Shown here one piece after another: positions 47,682 to 58,493 of a DNA stretch of 64,000 nucleotides. Made by a program: the position numbers and the translations under genes. The notes under the pieces were generated by a model. It was not told where the DNA came from, did no database searches, and was given only the letters and a program-made list of their open reading frames with translations. Source of the DNA: Gammaproteobacteria bacterium (GTDB taxonomy: Bacteria > Pseudomonadota > Gammaproteobacteria > Burkholderiales > Nitrosomonadaceae); the NCBI GenBank assembly GCA_030431985.1, contig JAUIIB010000003.1:1-64000 (forward strand), in the 5' to 3' direction. The stretch's first letter is position 1; each line of letters begins with the position of its first letter.

Positions 47682-48989
47682 GTGTCAATTGGCGAGAATA
47701 CTGTTTTGGAAAATATACCGCTTTATATCCTACTCATCGTACTGTTTCTGTTATTAATACTCTCAGGATTCTTTTCACTTTCTGAAACCAGCATGATGGC
47801 GATTAACCGTTATCGCCTGAAACATCTTGCCAAGCAGGGCAACCGAGCGGCGCTTCTGACCAGCCGATTACTGGACAAAACTGATCGTCTACTTGGCGTC
47901 ATTCTACTGGGTAACAATCTACTTAACACGGCTTCCGCCACCTTGGTAGCCGTTATTATTGCGTTACTTTTCGGGCAGGATGAATTGGCATTACTAATGG
48001 GTACCTTGATACTTACATTCGCCATACTGATTTTCAGTGAAATCACACCCAAAGTTATCGCCGCGGCCTATCCAGAACGCATTGCGTTATTTGCCAGTTA
48101 TATTCTAACGCCATTGCTTAAAATTCTTTATCCCGTGGTATGGTTTATTAATCTGTTTGTAAGCGGGCTTCTGATATTGCTTCGCATAAAACCCAAAGAG
48201 TCGACTACAGAACAAACCATCAGCATCGAAGAGCTAAGAACGTTGGTTCTTGAAGGCGGGCATTTTATTCAGAAAAAACATCAAAGCATGCTTTTGAATT
48301 TGTTTGATCTTGAAACAGTGACCGTTGAAGACGTCATTGTGCCACGCAGCCAAATAGAAGCCATTGATTTAACTGCTGATGATGAAACCATACAATCGCA
48401 ATTGCTGACCTGTCATCATACCCGGCTACCTGTTTATCGTGAACGCATGGACAATATTGTCGGCATCGTTCATATGCGCAAAGCACTCAATCATATGAAA
48501 AGCGGCCCTATTACATCTGCTGTCTTGGAACAAATTATGCATCAACCCTATTTCATTCCATCCAGCACACCTCTATTCTCCCAATTGCAGCTTTTTCAGG
48601 AAAACCGCAAAAGAATCGGCCTGGTTGTCGACGAATATGGAGAATGGCTTGGGCTGGTCACGCTTGAAGACATCTTTGAAGAAATTATCGGTGAATTTAC
48701 AACGCTTGCACCAACCCGTGCAAACTCTTATCTTGAACAAGCAGACGGCAGTATTATTGTTGAAGGCAGCGAATTGCTGAGGGATTTGAATCGGAAGCTA
48801 GACATGCAGCTGCCATTGGACGGGCCCAAGACCCTTAACGGCTTAATTCTCGAGTATTTACAGGATATCCCAGAAAATGGAACAGGTTTAAATATTGCCG
48901 GACATCCTATGGAAATTATTCAGGTTAAAAATCAGGTTGTAAAAACAGTTAGAATTCATCAGCAGCTACCCAACAGCCCCATTAATTAA
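47682..48989 (+). CDS. HlyC/CorC family transporter (DUF21/CNNM transmembrane domain, CBS pair, CorC_HlyC C-terminal domain)
   Basis: N-terminal DUF21 (..SGFFSLSETSMMAINRYRLKHL..), two CBS domains, C-terminal transporter-associated domain. Confidence 0.8.
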   Translation: MSIGENTVLENIPLYILLIVLFLLLILSGFFSLSETSMMAINRYRLKHLAKQGNRAALLTSRLLDKTDRLLGVILLGNNLLNTASATLVAVIIALLFGQDELALLMGTLILTFAILIFSEITPKVIAAAYPERIALFASYILTPLLKILYPVVWFINLFVSGLLILLRIKPKESTTEQTISIEELRTLVLEGGHFIQKKHQSMLLNLFDLETVTVEDVIVPRSQIEAIDLTADDETIQSQLLTCHHTRLPVYRERMDNIVGIVHMRKALNHMKSGPITSAVLEQIMHQPYFIPSSTPLFSQLQLFQENRKRIGLVVDEYGEWLGLVTLEDIFEEIIGEFTTLAPTRANSYLEQADGSIIVEGSELLRDLNRKLDMQLPLDGPKTLNGLILEYLQDIPENGTGLNIAGHPMEIIQVKNQVVKTVRIHQQLPNSPIN

Positions 48990-49064
48990 CCAAAGTTAAA
49001 AAGCAAAGGATAATGTTGGTCGGACTGGCTCTTTGCAATACGGATACCTTTAATTGTTTTAGTT

Positions 49065-50123
49065 TTATGATTGATAAAGTTGATCTTGTAGTCGATCCTT
49101 TATTTCCATAAATTTCTGCTTGTGCTCAAACAAAACGTCAACTAATTTGGGGTCAAAATGTTTTCCCGACTGTTCTCGAAAAAACTCCAATACTTGCTCT
49201 TTTTCCCAGGCCGGCTTATAACACCGTTTGCAGAACAAAGCATCTAAAACATCTGCGCAGGCGACAACACGACCTGCAACGCTAATTGCTTCTCCCTGTT
49301 TTTGCATAGGATAACCAGACCCATCCCATTTTTCATGATGTTCATACGCAATCATCGCAGCCAAGGCAATCAAAGTGCGAGTTGAACCCTTCAAAATAGT
49401 ATAACCAATAGTCGGGTGTGTTTTCATAACCCCCCATTCGTCTGAATTAAGCTTTCCCTGCTTCATCAAAATATTATCCGGTATACCAATTTTGCCTATA
49501 TCATGCATAGGTGCAGCTTGTTTGATCAGTTCAGCTTCATCAGGATCACAATAACCCGAGTATCTGGCAAATAAATAGGAGAATTCCGAAACGCGTTTAA
49601 CATGCAACCCAGTTTCCAGTGACTTTGTTTCACAAACCTCGCTGAGCCTGTATAACAATTCGCTTTGCGTAGCTATAATCTCTTGATTCAGAATATTAAC
49701 TTCGCCCAACGCCTCTGCAATCATATCCGCCATCTTGTCCTGATAGCACTTTATTTTAAGATGGGTGGCAACTCTCGCCTTTACCTCTTCTTCATTAAAT
49801 GGTTTAGTAATGTAATCATTACCACCAACTGAAAAAGCTTTTACCTTGTCCGACACCTCATCAGCAGCACTGATAAAAATTATCGGAATCGATTTATAGA
49901 TAGGCTCGTCTCTCAAGATCTGGCAAACTTTAAAACCATCGATATCCGGCATTCTGATATCGAGTAAAATTAGGTCTGGAGCCGATTGCCTAACCGCACT
50001 CAACGCCAGTTTACCGTTCAAGGCAGGACGTACTTTGTAGTTTTCCAGTTTAAGGATATCCGTAAGAATCTTTAAATTCTCCAGAGTATCATCCACAACT
50101 AAAATATCCGGCGGACTCTTCAT
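49065..50123 (-). CDS. Response regulator with HD-GYP c-di-GMP phosphodiesterase domain (RpfG-like)
   Basis: REC (ILVVDDTLENL..D), HD (..PMHDIGKIGIP..), GYP (HHEKWDGSGYP). Confidence 0.85.
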   Translation of the reverse strand: MKSPPDILVVDDTLENLKILTDILKLENYKVRPALNGKLALSAVRQSAPDLILLDIRMPDIDGFKVCQILRDEPIYKSIPIIFISAADEVSDKVKAFSVGGNDYITKPFNEEEVKARVATHLKIKCYQDKMADMIAEALGEVNILNQEIIATQSELLYRLSEVCETKSLETGLHVKRVSEFSYLFARYSGYCDPDEAELIKQAAPMHDIGKIGIPDNILMKQGKLNSDEWGVMKTHPTIGYTILKGSTRTLIALAAMIAYEHHEKWDGSGYPMQKQGEAISVAGRVVACADVLDALFCKRCYKPAWEKEQVLEFFREQSGKHFDPKLVDVLFEHKQKFMEIKDRLQDQLYQS

Positions 50124-50286
50124 ATCTCCTCCCCGGCACTTAGCTGATCACTAACCAGCTAAGTCACTAAAAATTTATGTTGAATACAACATCGATCATT
50201 TCAAATTTTCCGCCAATACAATATCTTTTTTAAAGATAATCTCAATTCCAGTATTTCCAAACCAAATTAACCAAACACTCTTGCCA

Positions 50287-52878
50287 TCATAAGTCGCTAG
50301 AACTATCAACAATAGCCTGAAGCTTACTAAAATTAAATTCATCAACAAGTTTTTGCAGATCAGCTGCCAATTCAGGCAATTCTTGACTAATGTTATTTAT
50401 CACATCTGAAACATTTTCTATATCGAGCGCTAATACAGCCGATTTGAAAGCCCGTCGTGTAGCCAACGGAATTTCCTTATGAAACTGATTTAAATCGATG
50501 TCATTTAGCTGATTACTCCCCCCCTGATCCATATCATTCAGGCCATACTGGTAAATGAATTCAACGTTCAAATGTCTTACTAGACAATCGTGAATTTCTT
50601 CAATTAAAAATGGTTTCCTAATAAACTCATCAAAACCATATTCCATAATCCTTTCCTGATCTTCCTTGAATGCAGATGCTGTTATAGCTACAATTTTGGT
50701 ATCTTTTCCGCCAGGTAATTCCCTAATTCTTTGCATAGCATTAATTCCATCCATTCTGGGCATTCTTCGATCCATAAAGATGATATCAGGATTAGTGTTT
50801 TTAAATACCTCGATAGCCACGAGCCCATCTACAGCAATTTCAACTTCGCAGTTAGAATCTACCAGTATGTTTTTTAAGTAAAGTCGATTATCCTCAAGAT
50901 CCTCGACAATTAATGCTTTAGTCTTTTTCTGCCCAGGTTTAACTCCCAGAAATACTTTCTCTACCCGAACGTTAGACAATAAAGCTTCATTTAAGATCTC
51001 TGACACCAAGACATTAAATTTAAATACTGACCCGACATTCAGTTTGCTCTCAACATTAATGCTACCCCCCATATTTCTGACCAATTCTTTACAAATACTC
51101 AATCCTAACCCGGTTCCAGAGTGAGTATTTTTTGATCGAGTCTGCATCAATTGTTCGAACGGAATGAATATCGTCTCTAAATCCTCAGGAGAGATTCCAA
51201 CACCTGAATCTTCTACTTCACAGATCATATTTACCTTATCATCCTGCCCTGGTTCACATTTAATACGGACAACAACGCCACCTTCATTGGTGTTATTAAC
51301 TGCATTATTTATAAGATTAATAAAAATCCTACGTAACTTGCTGGCATCCGTTCGGATGTAACTTGGGCAAGACTTGGCCAATTCAAAACTTAATGTGAGG
51401 CCTTTCTGTTGAACCGCCGTTTGCAACATATTTTCCACATCCTTAATCATCGCTAGAAAATCAATGTCTTCTTCATGAAACTCTACTTTTCCAGCCTCAA
51501 TCTTAGCCATTTCCAACACATCATTGATAAGTGTCAATAAATGATTTGCAGATTGAGAAATAATGCCCGAATGTTTTTTAATTACTTCTGGTGTCATTTG
51601 ATTTTTGTAAATCAAATGTGAAAAACCAATAATCGAATTTAGAGGACTACGCAATTCGTGACTCATTTTAGACAGGAACATACTTTTTGCCAAAGCATGA
51701 TGCTCTGCAATTTTTTTGGCATCTGCCAATTCCATTGACTTCTGCTCCAGTAATTGGTGAGATAGCTTTTTATTTCTGTATGCTATCAAAGTTAAAACAA
51801 ACAAAAGAATTGATAACAATCCTGTAATAGCAACCAAAATCAAAAATCTTTTTTGGGTACTTATGACAGACTCCTGCTCTTCTAGCTGCTTAGCGGCTAC
51901 TTGAATTTGTTTACTTTTTTTATCTAAAACTCTGGTTTTATCTACTATCGCGGACTGTAATTCCCTCTGCCTTTTCTCGGCTTCAGAAATAATTTTGTTA
52001 CGATCGTTGATAATATTTCTTATATTGGCTGACTGAACCTGCAATTTCTTTAAATCCATCCTCTCTTTTTCAATTTTCTCCTGAAGATACCTGATTTCAT
52101 CATTCTGCAGGATAATCTGTCCCTTAGCCTCTAGCAATTGCTGGGAAAGCCGTGATTCTTCTTTTTTTGTTTTTTCTAGATCGTTCGATAACTGTTTACT
52201 TCTATTTTTATGAGAATCAATTTCTTTTTCGAATTCTTTTAAAACAAGGCTCTGCGCCTGCAAATTTTGCATTCCCTCTTTATAGAGCTGCGCCACATCG
52301 ATCTCTGTCCCACCGAGTAAGATAATATCAGGATTCAAACCGAAGTTCCGATTCAGAATATTTGCCTTGTTAATTTGAAAAGAAAATTCGTTCTGATCGT
52401 TTTCCTGTAAATCAATAAGCGCATTTCGATCATTTCTCAGATTCTCAGAAATGATCAGAATATTTTGATTTTTAGTTACTAAAAAAATTTGGTTATATTT
52501 ATCAATACTGTTATTGGCTACAAAAACAACCTCTGTATTTAGAGGTACACTGACGCCTGTACTTCTGGTAACTTTAAATTCCTTACCATGTAATTTTCTA
52601 ATTTGAGCAATTTTGTTTAGCTCATTTTCTATATAGCGATCTTCATCGATTAAATAAAAATGATAATATTTTTTTTGAGAAGCATTCTGCCATTGAACAT
52701 GTTCAGCTAATTTGAAAATGTAAACAGCAAGCAAACTATTTCTAGACAGATTGTCTGCATAAACATGGCCGACAAATGTAAGAGCTGTTGACAAAACACA
52801 TGACAAACAACAAAAATACCGGAACACATAAATTGATGCTGTTATGAAATTCTGAAACACTGACATTGTTGTAAGCAT
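50287..52878 (-). CDS. Hybrid sensor histidine kinase/response regulator with N-terminal YfiR-like (DUF4154) periplasmic domain, coiled coil, HisKA, HATPase, REC and a C-terminal HPt-like region
   Basis: DUF4154-like LLAVYIFKLAEHVQWQN; H-box SHELRSPLNSIIGFSHLI; G-boxes; REC (ALIVEDLEDN..D); 863 aa. Confidence 0.8.
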   Translation of the reverse strand: MLTTMSVFQNFITASIYVFRYFCCLSCVLSTALTFVGHVYADNLSRNSLLAVYIFKLAEHVQWQNASQKKYYHFYLIDEDRYIENELNKIAQIRKLHGKEFKVTRSTGVSVPLNTEVVFVANNSIDKYNQIFLVTKNQNILIISENLRNDRNALIDLQENDQNEFSFQINKANILNRNFGLNPDIILLGGTEIDVAQLYKEGMQNLQAQSLVLKEFEKEIDSHKNRSKQLSNDLEKTKKEESRLSQQLLEAKGQIILQNDEIRYLQEKIEKERMDLKKLQVQSANIRNIINDRNKIISEAEKRQRELQSAIVDKTRVLDKKSKQIQVAAKQLEEQESVISTQKRFLILVAITGLLSILLFVLTLIAYRNKKLSHQLLEQKSMELADAKKIAEHHALAKSMFLSKMSHELRSPLNSIIGFSHLIYKNQMTPEVIKKHSGIISQSANHLLTLINDVLEMAKIEAGKVEFHEEDIDFLAMIKDVENMLQTAVQQKGLTLSFELAKSCPSYIRTDASKLRRIFINLINNAVNNTNEGGVVVRIKCEPGQDDKVNMICEVEDSGVGISPEDLETIFIPFEQLMQTRSKNTHSGTGLGLSICKELVRNMGGSINVESKLNVGSVFKFNVLVSEILNEALLSNVRVEKVFLGVKPGQKKTKALIVEDLEDNRLYLKNILVDSNCEVEIAVDGLVAIEVFKNTNPDIIFMDRRMPRMDGINAMQRIRELPGGKDTKIVAITASAFKEDQERIMEYGFDEFIRKPFLIEEIHDCLVRHLNVEFIYQYGLNDMDQGGSNQLNDIDLNQFHKEIPLATRRAFKSAVLALDIENVSDVINNISQELPELAADLQKLVDEFNFSKLQAIVDSSSDL

Positions 52879-53106
52879 ACCGACAACCTTTAAAGGCTAT
52901 TTAAATATGTGCGTGCACAGTGCTAAATAATAGGTATTGGGATGAGTTTCTCCGTCTGCATGCACGAAAGCAAGTTATCCTCATTGTATCAATGCGTATT
53001 TTATTTGCCATTCGAACAATCCAACATTCTCAATTATCGGGTTACTTTTACATAACACTTGTATCTAAATGATTAGAATTGATATTTCCGAACGGGTAAC
53101 CTTCGA

Positions 53107-55257
53107 CTAAAATTTCGCTCTTAGCGTAATAGAAAGCGCAGGCGTCTCGAGTACATATGTACCCAATCGGGTGCTGATATTCCGCTTGTTTAAATCTCTG
53201 TCAATCAAGCCTAACAAATTATGTCCTGTTAGCATCAACTGCGAATGTTTATTTAGATTATAAAGAACGCTTGCATGGACAAACACACTGCTTGCAAAAG
53301 CCTTATCGTTGTCTTCAAAAAAAGTCGTATTTTCCTCACGTAACGGTGGAAGAACCTCACGGTTATACTCTGCCCAGTCCTTAGCGCCCTCATAACCCCA
53401 GTAAGCAAATCCCGACAAATTAAACGAAAAAGATTGGTTGATTTTATGATTCCAAACAAGCTTGGTCGTATGGTTTGACCATGAGGCCAGATCGTTTCCG
53501 AACCCGAATGGACTGGTGGAAATAAATTGCACACCTGGAAAGTCCCTTTCTAAATTAAAATCAAATAACTCTGTAATCGTATGCGAAATTGAAAACCGGC
53601 TGTTGTCCTTTGTGTAGGTCAGTTCAAATTCCAGGTTTCCAAATTTCATCTTTCCGAGCGGCGCATTAGTACTCAGGCTTTCGGTATCAGCTGAAAAAAA
53701 AGCAATGATATCGAGCTCCGAGTAAACTGCATGTACACTAGCATTCAGAGAATCAGAGAAAATTCTTTTATAACTGAGCTCTACATTATTCAATGTCTCC
53801 ACATGCCGACTTTTTTTGCGTGTATTTAAATACTCCGACTGACTGAAAAAATCAGAAGTGCGGCGTACGGAGCGGGATGCGACAAGCTTAACAGTATCTT
53901 GAAGTGTGGGTGTGTATATCAAACCAATACGTGGAGAAAACATCGGTTTTATCCGCGAGTGTATATCGACACGGGCGCTGCTAATTAAGCGCAAATGATC
54001 ATGAAGCCTGAATTGATGCTCTCCAAAAAAGCTATACATGATCGTGCTCCACGATTTGCCATTTGCCGTTAAAGGGACGACTTTATCGCTGGAAAAAAAG
54101 AACGGTGTTTTTCCAAACTCATCGTAGGTAAATTCTGATCCCAGAGCAAATTGGTGCGTTTGATTTGGGTTCCAATTCAGCAATAACCGAGTCATATACT
54201 CATCTTCCCTTAGGGAAATACTTGGATTTTCCGGACGAATTTCATTCGATCTGATCCGATCATAGATATCAAATGAAGATAGCAAGTTCAGTTGCAATGT
54301 TTCATTTATCTTCCAGCTTTTATCGAGTGCAACAGTCAATTGCCGATATGCAATGCCCACGGAATTTGAGTCATTAAATAAGAAAAAGCTTTTTTTATCG
54401 CCACGAAACTGTTCTCCACCAGCGGTAAATCTCACCCAAAACTCTAAATCATTCGGGCCGCTATATTGAAAATGAAATTTATGTCGCAGCTGATCTTGGT
54501 ACGCTTGCCGGTGATTGGTAAGACTAAAAGGCAGATTCGTATGTGCAGGAGTATTAGAAACAGTCTGACTAATACGTGTTGGCGAGTGCTTTTTATCCGC
54601 ACCTAAATATCTGTCAATGCCATAAAAAGCAAAAACACCATGATTATTTTCGAAAGTGTGTCCTACCTTTAATTGTAAAGAAGTAAAACCTTCGATAACA
54701 CCCTGCCGTGCAACAAACTGAACACCGTTAAAGTTCGATGCACTAAACGTTTCTATATTAATAACACCCGAAATAGCACCCGGACCAAATACCGCAGAAC
54801 TCGGGCCGCGAATAACTTCAATACGACTAATGTCACCCAGCATAGAAAGCATCATCTCAGAATCAAGGCCATAAAAAGCCTTATGATTCATAACCCGTCC
54901 GTTTACCCGTACCAAAAATTTATCTTTACCTGAAATACCGCGTACACCAAAACTTGCACCACCAAATGTATCCGTTAAACGTTGCATGTTGGGTACAAAC
55001 CGCTCCAGCACTTCTTCCAGACTTCTTGCTCCAGACATATCAATCATGTCTCGTGTAATTAATGTAATGGCTGCCGGCGCCTTATCTGGATTTATCTGGG
55101 TCAAAGATGCGTTTGAAAACGGAACCTTACTCAATTCATCTAGTGATAAATCAAGCAAGCGAGCTATCTTATGGGAATCATCCTGCGCACTAACACTAGC
55201 TGCTAGTGTCGCCAGAAAAAAGAATAGAAAAGAAAGGTATAAAAGAACAGGAAGCAT
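53107..55257 (-). CDS. TonB-dependent outer-membrane receptor
   Basis: Signal peptide, plug domain (..ITLITRDMIDMSGARSLEEVLERFVPNM..), 22-strand barrel length, C-terminal aromatic residue (..LRAKF). Confidence 0.85.
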   Translation of the reverse strand: MLPVLLYLSFLFFFLATLAASVSAQDDSHKIARLLDLSLDELSKVPFSNASLTQINPDKAPAAITLITRDMIDMSGARSLEEVLERFVPNMQRLTDTFGGASFGVRGISGKDKFLVRVNGRVMNHKAFYGLDSEMMLSMLGDISRIEVIRGPSSAVFGPGAISGVINIETFSASNFNGVQFVARQGVIEGFTSLQLKVGHTFENNHGVFAFYGIDRYLGADKKHSPTRISQTVSNTPAHTNLPFSLTNHRQAYQDQLRHKFHFQYSGPNDLEFWVRFTAGGEQFRGDKKSFFLFNDSNSVGIAYRQLTVALDKSWKINETLQLNLLSSFDIYDRIRSNEIRPENPSISLREDEYMTRLLLNWNPNQTHQFALGSEFTYDEFGKTPFFFSSDKVVPLTANGKSWSTIMYSFFGEHQFRLHDHLRLISSARVDIHSRIKPMFSPRIGLIYTPTLQDTVKLVASRSVRRTSDFFSQSEYLNTRKKSRHVETLNNVELSYKRIFSDSLNASVHAVYSELDIIAFFSADTESLSTNAPLGKMKFGNLEFELTYTKDNSRFSISHTITELFDFNLERDFPGVQFISTSPFGFGNDLASWSNHTTKLVWNHKINQSFSFNLSGFAYWGYEGAKDWAEYNREVLPPLREENTTFFEDNDKAFASSVFVHASVLYNLNKHSQLMLTGHNLLGLIDRDLNKRNISTRLGTYVLETPALSITLRAKF

Positions 55258-55928
55258 CGAATATAAGATAAAAACAGTAAATAAAACTGACTATCATTCG
55301 ACTAACGTTTATTGTGGCAGATGCTACACCCAAAAAACCTGGGCTGGAAGATGACGGAGAGAAATACAGAATATTATTCTGGCGACTCGGTTTCATCATA
55401 TATCATGACCCACCAAACCAATTCGAACCCCGGACTGTTTCTATAGCAATAGCGTACGTTAAAAAGGCTGATAACAGATAAATGTTTTCAGGAATTTCCT
55501 GCTCCGGTGCCAATACCTTCCATTGATAAGTCAGTATATACCGAATAGAGACGTTATTGAACTGGATAGACGCGACACACTTAATTGCGAAGGCAAAACC
55601 GGACAAGTTGAATAACGGCTACTGTCTAAGTTTGCTTGCGATAAGTATGCGAAACCGGCTACAAGCAACACGTCGCGGTCAATGCAGACAAAAACTATTG
55701 CTCAAAATCTGCCAGACACACCGCTACAAAGCCAGACGTTTATTTGGTAGCAATTTTGGTGAATCACTGTTGGCCCAGAATCACGACAAAGATCGCTGGT
55801 TCTGCCACCTGAGAATGCCTTAAATGCGTATTCTCCAAACGAAATCCGCGGACACGTTATCTTGGACAATGCCAAAATAGGTTCTGGGCTATCAAGGACG
55901 ATCCGATAGTCTGGAACCCTGAAAAATA

Positions 55929-56342
55929 TTACACTTTCTTATCATTTACTTCAGATTTTGAACAAGCTCTGAGTAATCTTAATTTAGAACGATCTGCTTC
56001 AGACCGTTCCGTAAAAATTTCAATCGACCAGTTCAAATCCTTAGCGTAAAATTGGTATAATTCTCCATGCTTATAATGTTCTTCTTTGAGTACTAACAAC
56101 ACTGTAATTTTATTATTCATAGAAGATGTGATGCGATCAATAACAACAATAGCTTCAATGTCATCTCTACTGAGATCAAAATCCTCCATCGCACTGAAAT
56201 CCCACAAAGTCACTCTAGCGCTATCAAGATACTCATTTCCTTCAAAAAAAGTGTCACACGACATGATCTCTTCAAGGCTAACCCGACCCGTAAACTCAGC
56301 TGTAAATGAATATTTACTATCCCATTCACACTTGTAAGGCAT
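55929..56342 (-). CDS. Hypothetical acidic alpha/beta protein in a low-GC insert (possibly STAS-like fold)
   Basis: 137 aa, ~36% GC versus ~45% for flanks, no known motif. It is the first gene in the co-oriented string 137-aa ORF, TonB receptor, hybrid HK, HD-GYP RR. Confidence 0.4.
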   Translation of the reverse strand: MPYKCEWDSKYSFTAEFTGRVSLEEIMSCDTFFEGNEYLDSARVTLWDFSAMEDFDLSRDDIEAIVVIDRITSSMNNKITVLLVLKEEHYKHGELYQFYAKDLNWSIEIFTERSEADRSKLRLLRACSKSEVNDKKV

Positions 56343-56930
56343 CGTTCTTTTCTATGTATTAATGTATTGTGGACTATACTGCGATTTTACAATGAAAAAC
56401 AGTATTCAGCTTTACTTGTAGAGAACAAGTAACTACCCCAATATGCAGCGCACAAAAACTGTAACTGTAGATTAATTGGGTATTGTATTGATGGAAGCAG
56501 AAACAGCAGTCGTTCAATAAACCTTTGTCTGAAAATAAGCGAACAGAGTAGAATCGCCTGAGGAAAAAATCAAACATCCATGCAATGAGAAAGAGATTCC
56601 AAAAAAGCCGGTTATATCGAAGCGCATGAAATAAAGTGAAATACAACCTCGTTTCCCAACAGTCAATTATTTTTTCCGATTACATTGCCTTGCGTCGTGA
56701 TGAACATAGCCACTCAGCCTATTTGCCAGGTACATCGGCAAACGCCTGAAAAAAGACCCGGTCGGCAAGGTATTGACTAAAGTAAAGCGACCAAATGCAC
56801 CTGGCCAGAATGCGAATTGAAAGTGAGTCTAAAAGTGAATCAATTTTTATCATCTACGCAATAAGTTTCTAGTATAGAATTATCAGCATTTTTATGAACA
56901 AGCACAGCGCTTATCGCTTATTCAATACGT

Positions 56931-57341
56931 ATGCTGGAACAAAAATTCTCATTGCCCGTCCGGGTTTACTATCAGGATACCGATGCCGGTGGCGTTGTCT
57001 ATCATGCTACACATCTTCATTTTCTTGAACGCGCGCGCTATGAATGGTTGCGCCAATTGGGACACGGTGTTCACGAATTACTCAAAACGCATCACGCGCA
57101 ATTTATGATACGCTCGCTGGAAATTGAATATCTCAAGCCTGCAATTCTGGACGATCTACTACATGTTACCGTAGATACCGTTGAACTGGGACGGAGCCGC
57201 ATCTCTTTGTTTCAGGAAATTGTTTGTAACAAAACGGTATTAGTCAAGGCCACTGTTTTTGCTGTTTGTGTTAATACAGAAAGTTTTAAACCCATGAGCA
57301 TTCCCCTTCCTTTGCGAGAAAAAATCGAGAACCCTATATGA
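56931..57341 (+). CDS. ybgC: Tol-Pal system-associated acyl-CoA thioesterase
   Basis: 4HBT hotdog fold, ..VYYQDTDAGGVVYHATHLHFLERAR..; overlaps tolQ (ATGA). Confidence 0.85.
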   Translation: MLEQKFSLPVRVYYQDTDAGGVVYHATHLHFLERARYEWLRQLGHGVHELLKTHHAQFMIRSLEIEYLKPAILDDLLHVTVDTVELGRSRISLFQEIVCNKTVLVKATVFAVCVNTESFKPMSIPLPLREKIENPI

Positions 57342-58018
57342 ACGCTACACTTACTGAGGATTTGTCCCTTTATTATTTGATTAGCAGCGCCAGTTTATTC
57401 GTTCAACTGGTAATGCTGGTTTTATTGTTGGCTTCACTCCTATCATGGTGGTTTATTTTCAGGAAGTGGTTCGTACTTCGTGAAGCAGTTAAACTCAGCG
57501 ATGACTTTGAAGACAGTTTCTGGCGTGGCGCGGATTTGAACACGCTCTATCAGCGTGCAACCGGATCACGATATACATCAAGTAGCATGGAACGTATTTT
57601 CGTTGCTGGCTTTGGGGAATTTGGCAAACATCAGCCGTCGGCACAAAGTGACACTATGATGGACAGCGTCCGCCGCGCTATGCAGGCGACTTACCAGCGC
57701 GAAATGGATAAACTTGAAGCACACCTGTCCTTCCTTGCGACAGTGGGCTCAGTTAGTCCTTACATCGGGTTGCTGGGCACTGTATGGGGGATCATGAATT
57801 CTTTTCGCAGTTTATCGAGCATTTCTCAGGCAACTATCGCACATGTAGCCCCGGGGATTGCAGAAGCGCTGATTGCAACGGCAATGGGTCTGTTTGCAGC
57901 CATTCCCGCCGTGATTGCCTATAATCGGTATGTCAGCGATACCGAAAAATTAGCGACCCGGTTTGAAAGTTTTATGGAAGAATTATCTAATGTTTTGCAA
58001 CGCAGAGCAGTAGACTAA
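57338..58018 (+). CDS. tolQ: Tol-Pal system protein TolQ
   Basis: MotA/TolQ/ExbB family, 3 TM, 226 aa, immediately followed by tolR. Confidence 0.9.
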   Translation: MNATLTEDLSLYYLISSASLFVQLVMLVLLLASLLSWWFIFRKWFVLREAVKLSDDFEDSFWRGADLNTLYQRATGSRYTSSSMERIFVAGFGEFGKHQPSAQSDTMMDSVRRAMQATYQREMDKLEAHLSFLATVGSVSPYIGLLGTVWGIMNSFRSLSSISQATIAHVAPGIAEALIATAMGLFAAIPAVIAYNRYVSDTEKLATRFESFMEELSNVLQRRAVD

Positions 58019-58036
58019 TCAGGAGAGACCGGTCCA

Positions 58037-58450
58037 ATGACTCGCCGCAATAAACGTCAACTTAAAAACGAAATCAATGTTGTGCCATATATCGATGTAA
58101 TGCTGGTGCTATTGATCATTTTTATGATCACTGCACCGATGATTAATCCCGGACAAATTGAATTACCACAAATCGGCAAATCATCCGTTTCACCCACGGC
58201 TCCCTTAGAAGTTATCATCAACGCGGATAGCAGTCTCGCCCTGCGCGACCGTGAGAAAACCGATGTTGAAAAGCATGTAACACATCAGCAGTTGATCGAT
58301 GCAATCAAGCTAAAACAATCAAAAAATTTTGAGCAGCCCGTTGTGATTGCCGCCGATAAAAGTGTTCGTTATGAAGAAGTCATCAATATTATGGACTTAC
58401 TACAACGGCATCAAATCCAAAAAGTAGGCTTGTTAGCGCAACCCAAATAG
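58037..58450 (+). CDS. tolR: Tol-Pal system protein TolR
   Basis: ExbD/TolR family: ..INVVPYIDVMLVLLIIFM..; 137 aa. Confidence 0.9.
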   Translation: MTRRNKRQLKNEINVVPYIDVMLVLLIIFMITAPMINPGQIELPQIGKSSVSPTAPLEVIINADSSLALRDREKTDVEKHVTHQQLIDAIKLKQSKNFEQPVVIAADKSVRYEEVINIMDLLQRHQIQKVGLLAQPK

Positions 58451-58493
58451 TCCATTCGGAAATCCGTGCCGACTCTCTAGGCTGATCTTTTAC

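Noticed and set aside
55780-55900. Plus-strand stretch with CTGAGA and ATCTTGGACAATGCCAAAATAGG resembling parts of a TPP (THI-box) riboswitch
   Set aside because: Only a partial motif match. There is no co-oriented downstream gene, and no P1/P2 helices could be built. Likely coincidence in AT-rich DNA.
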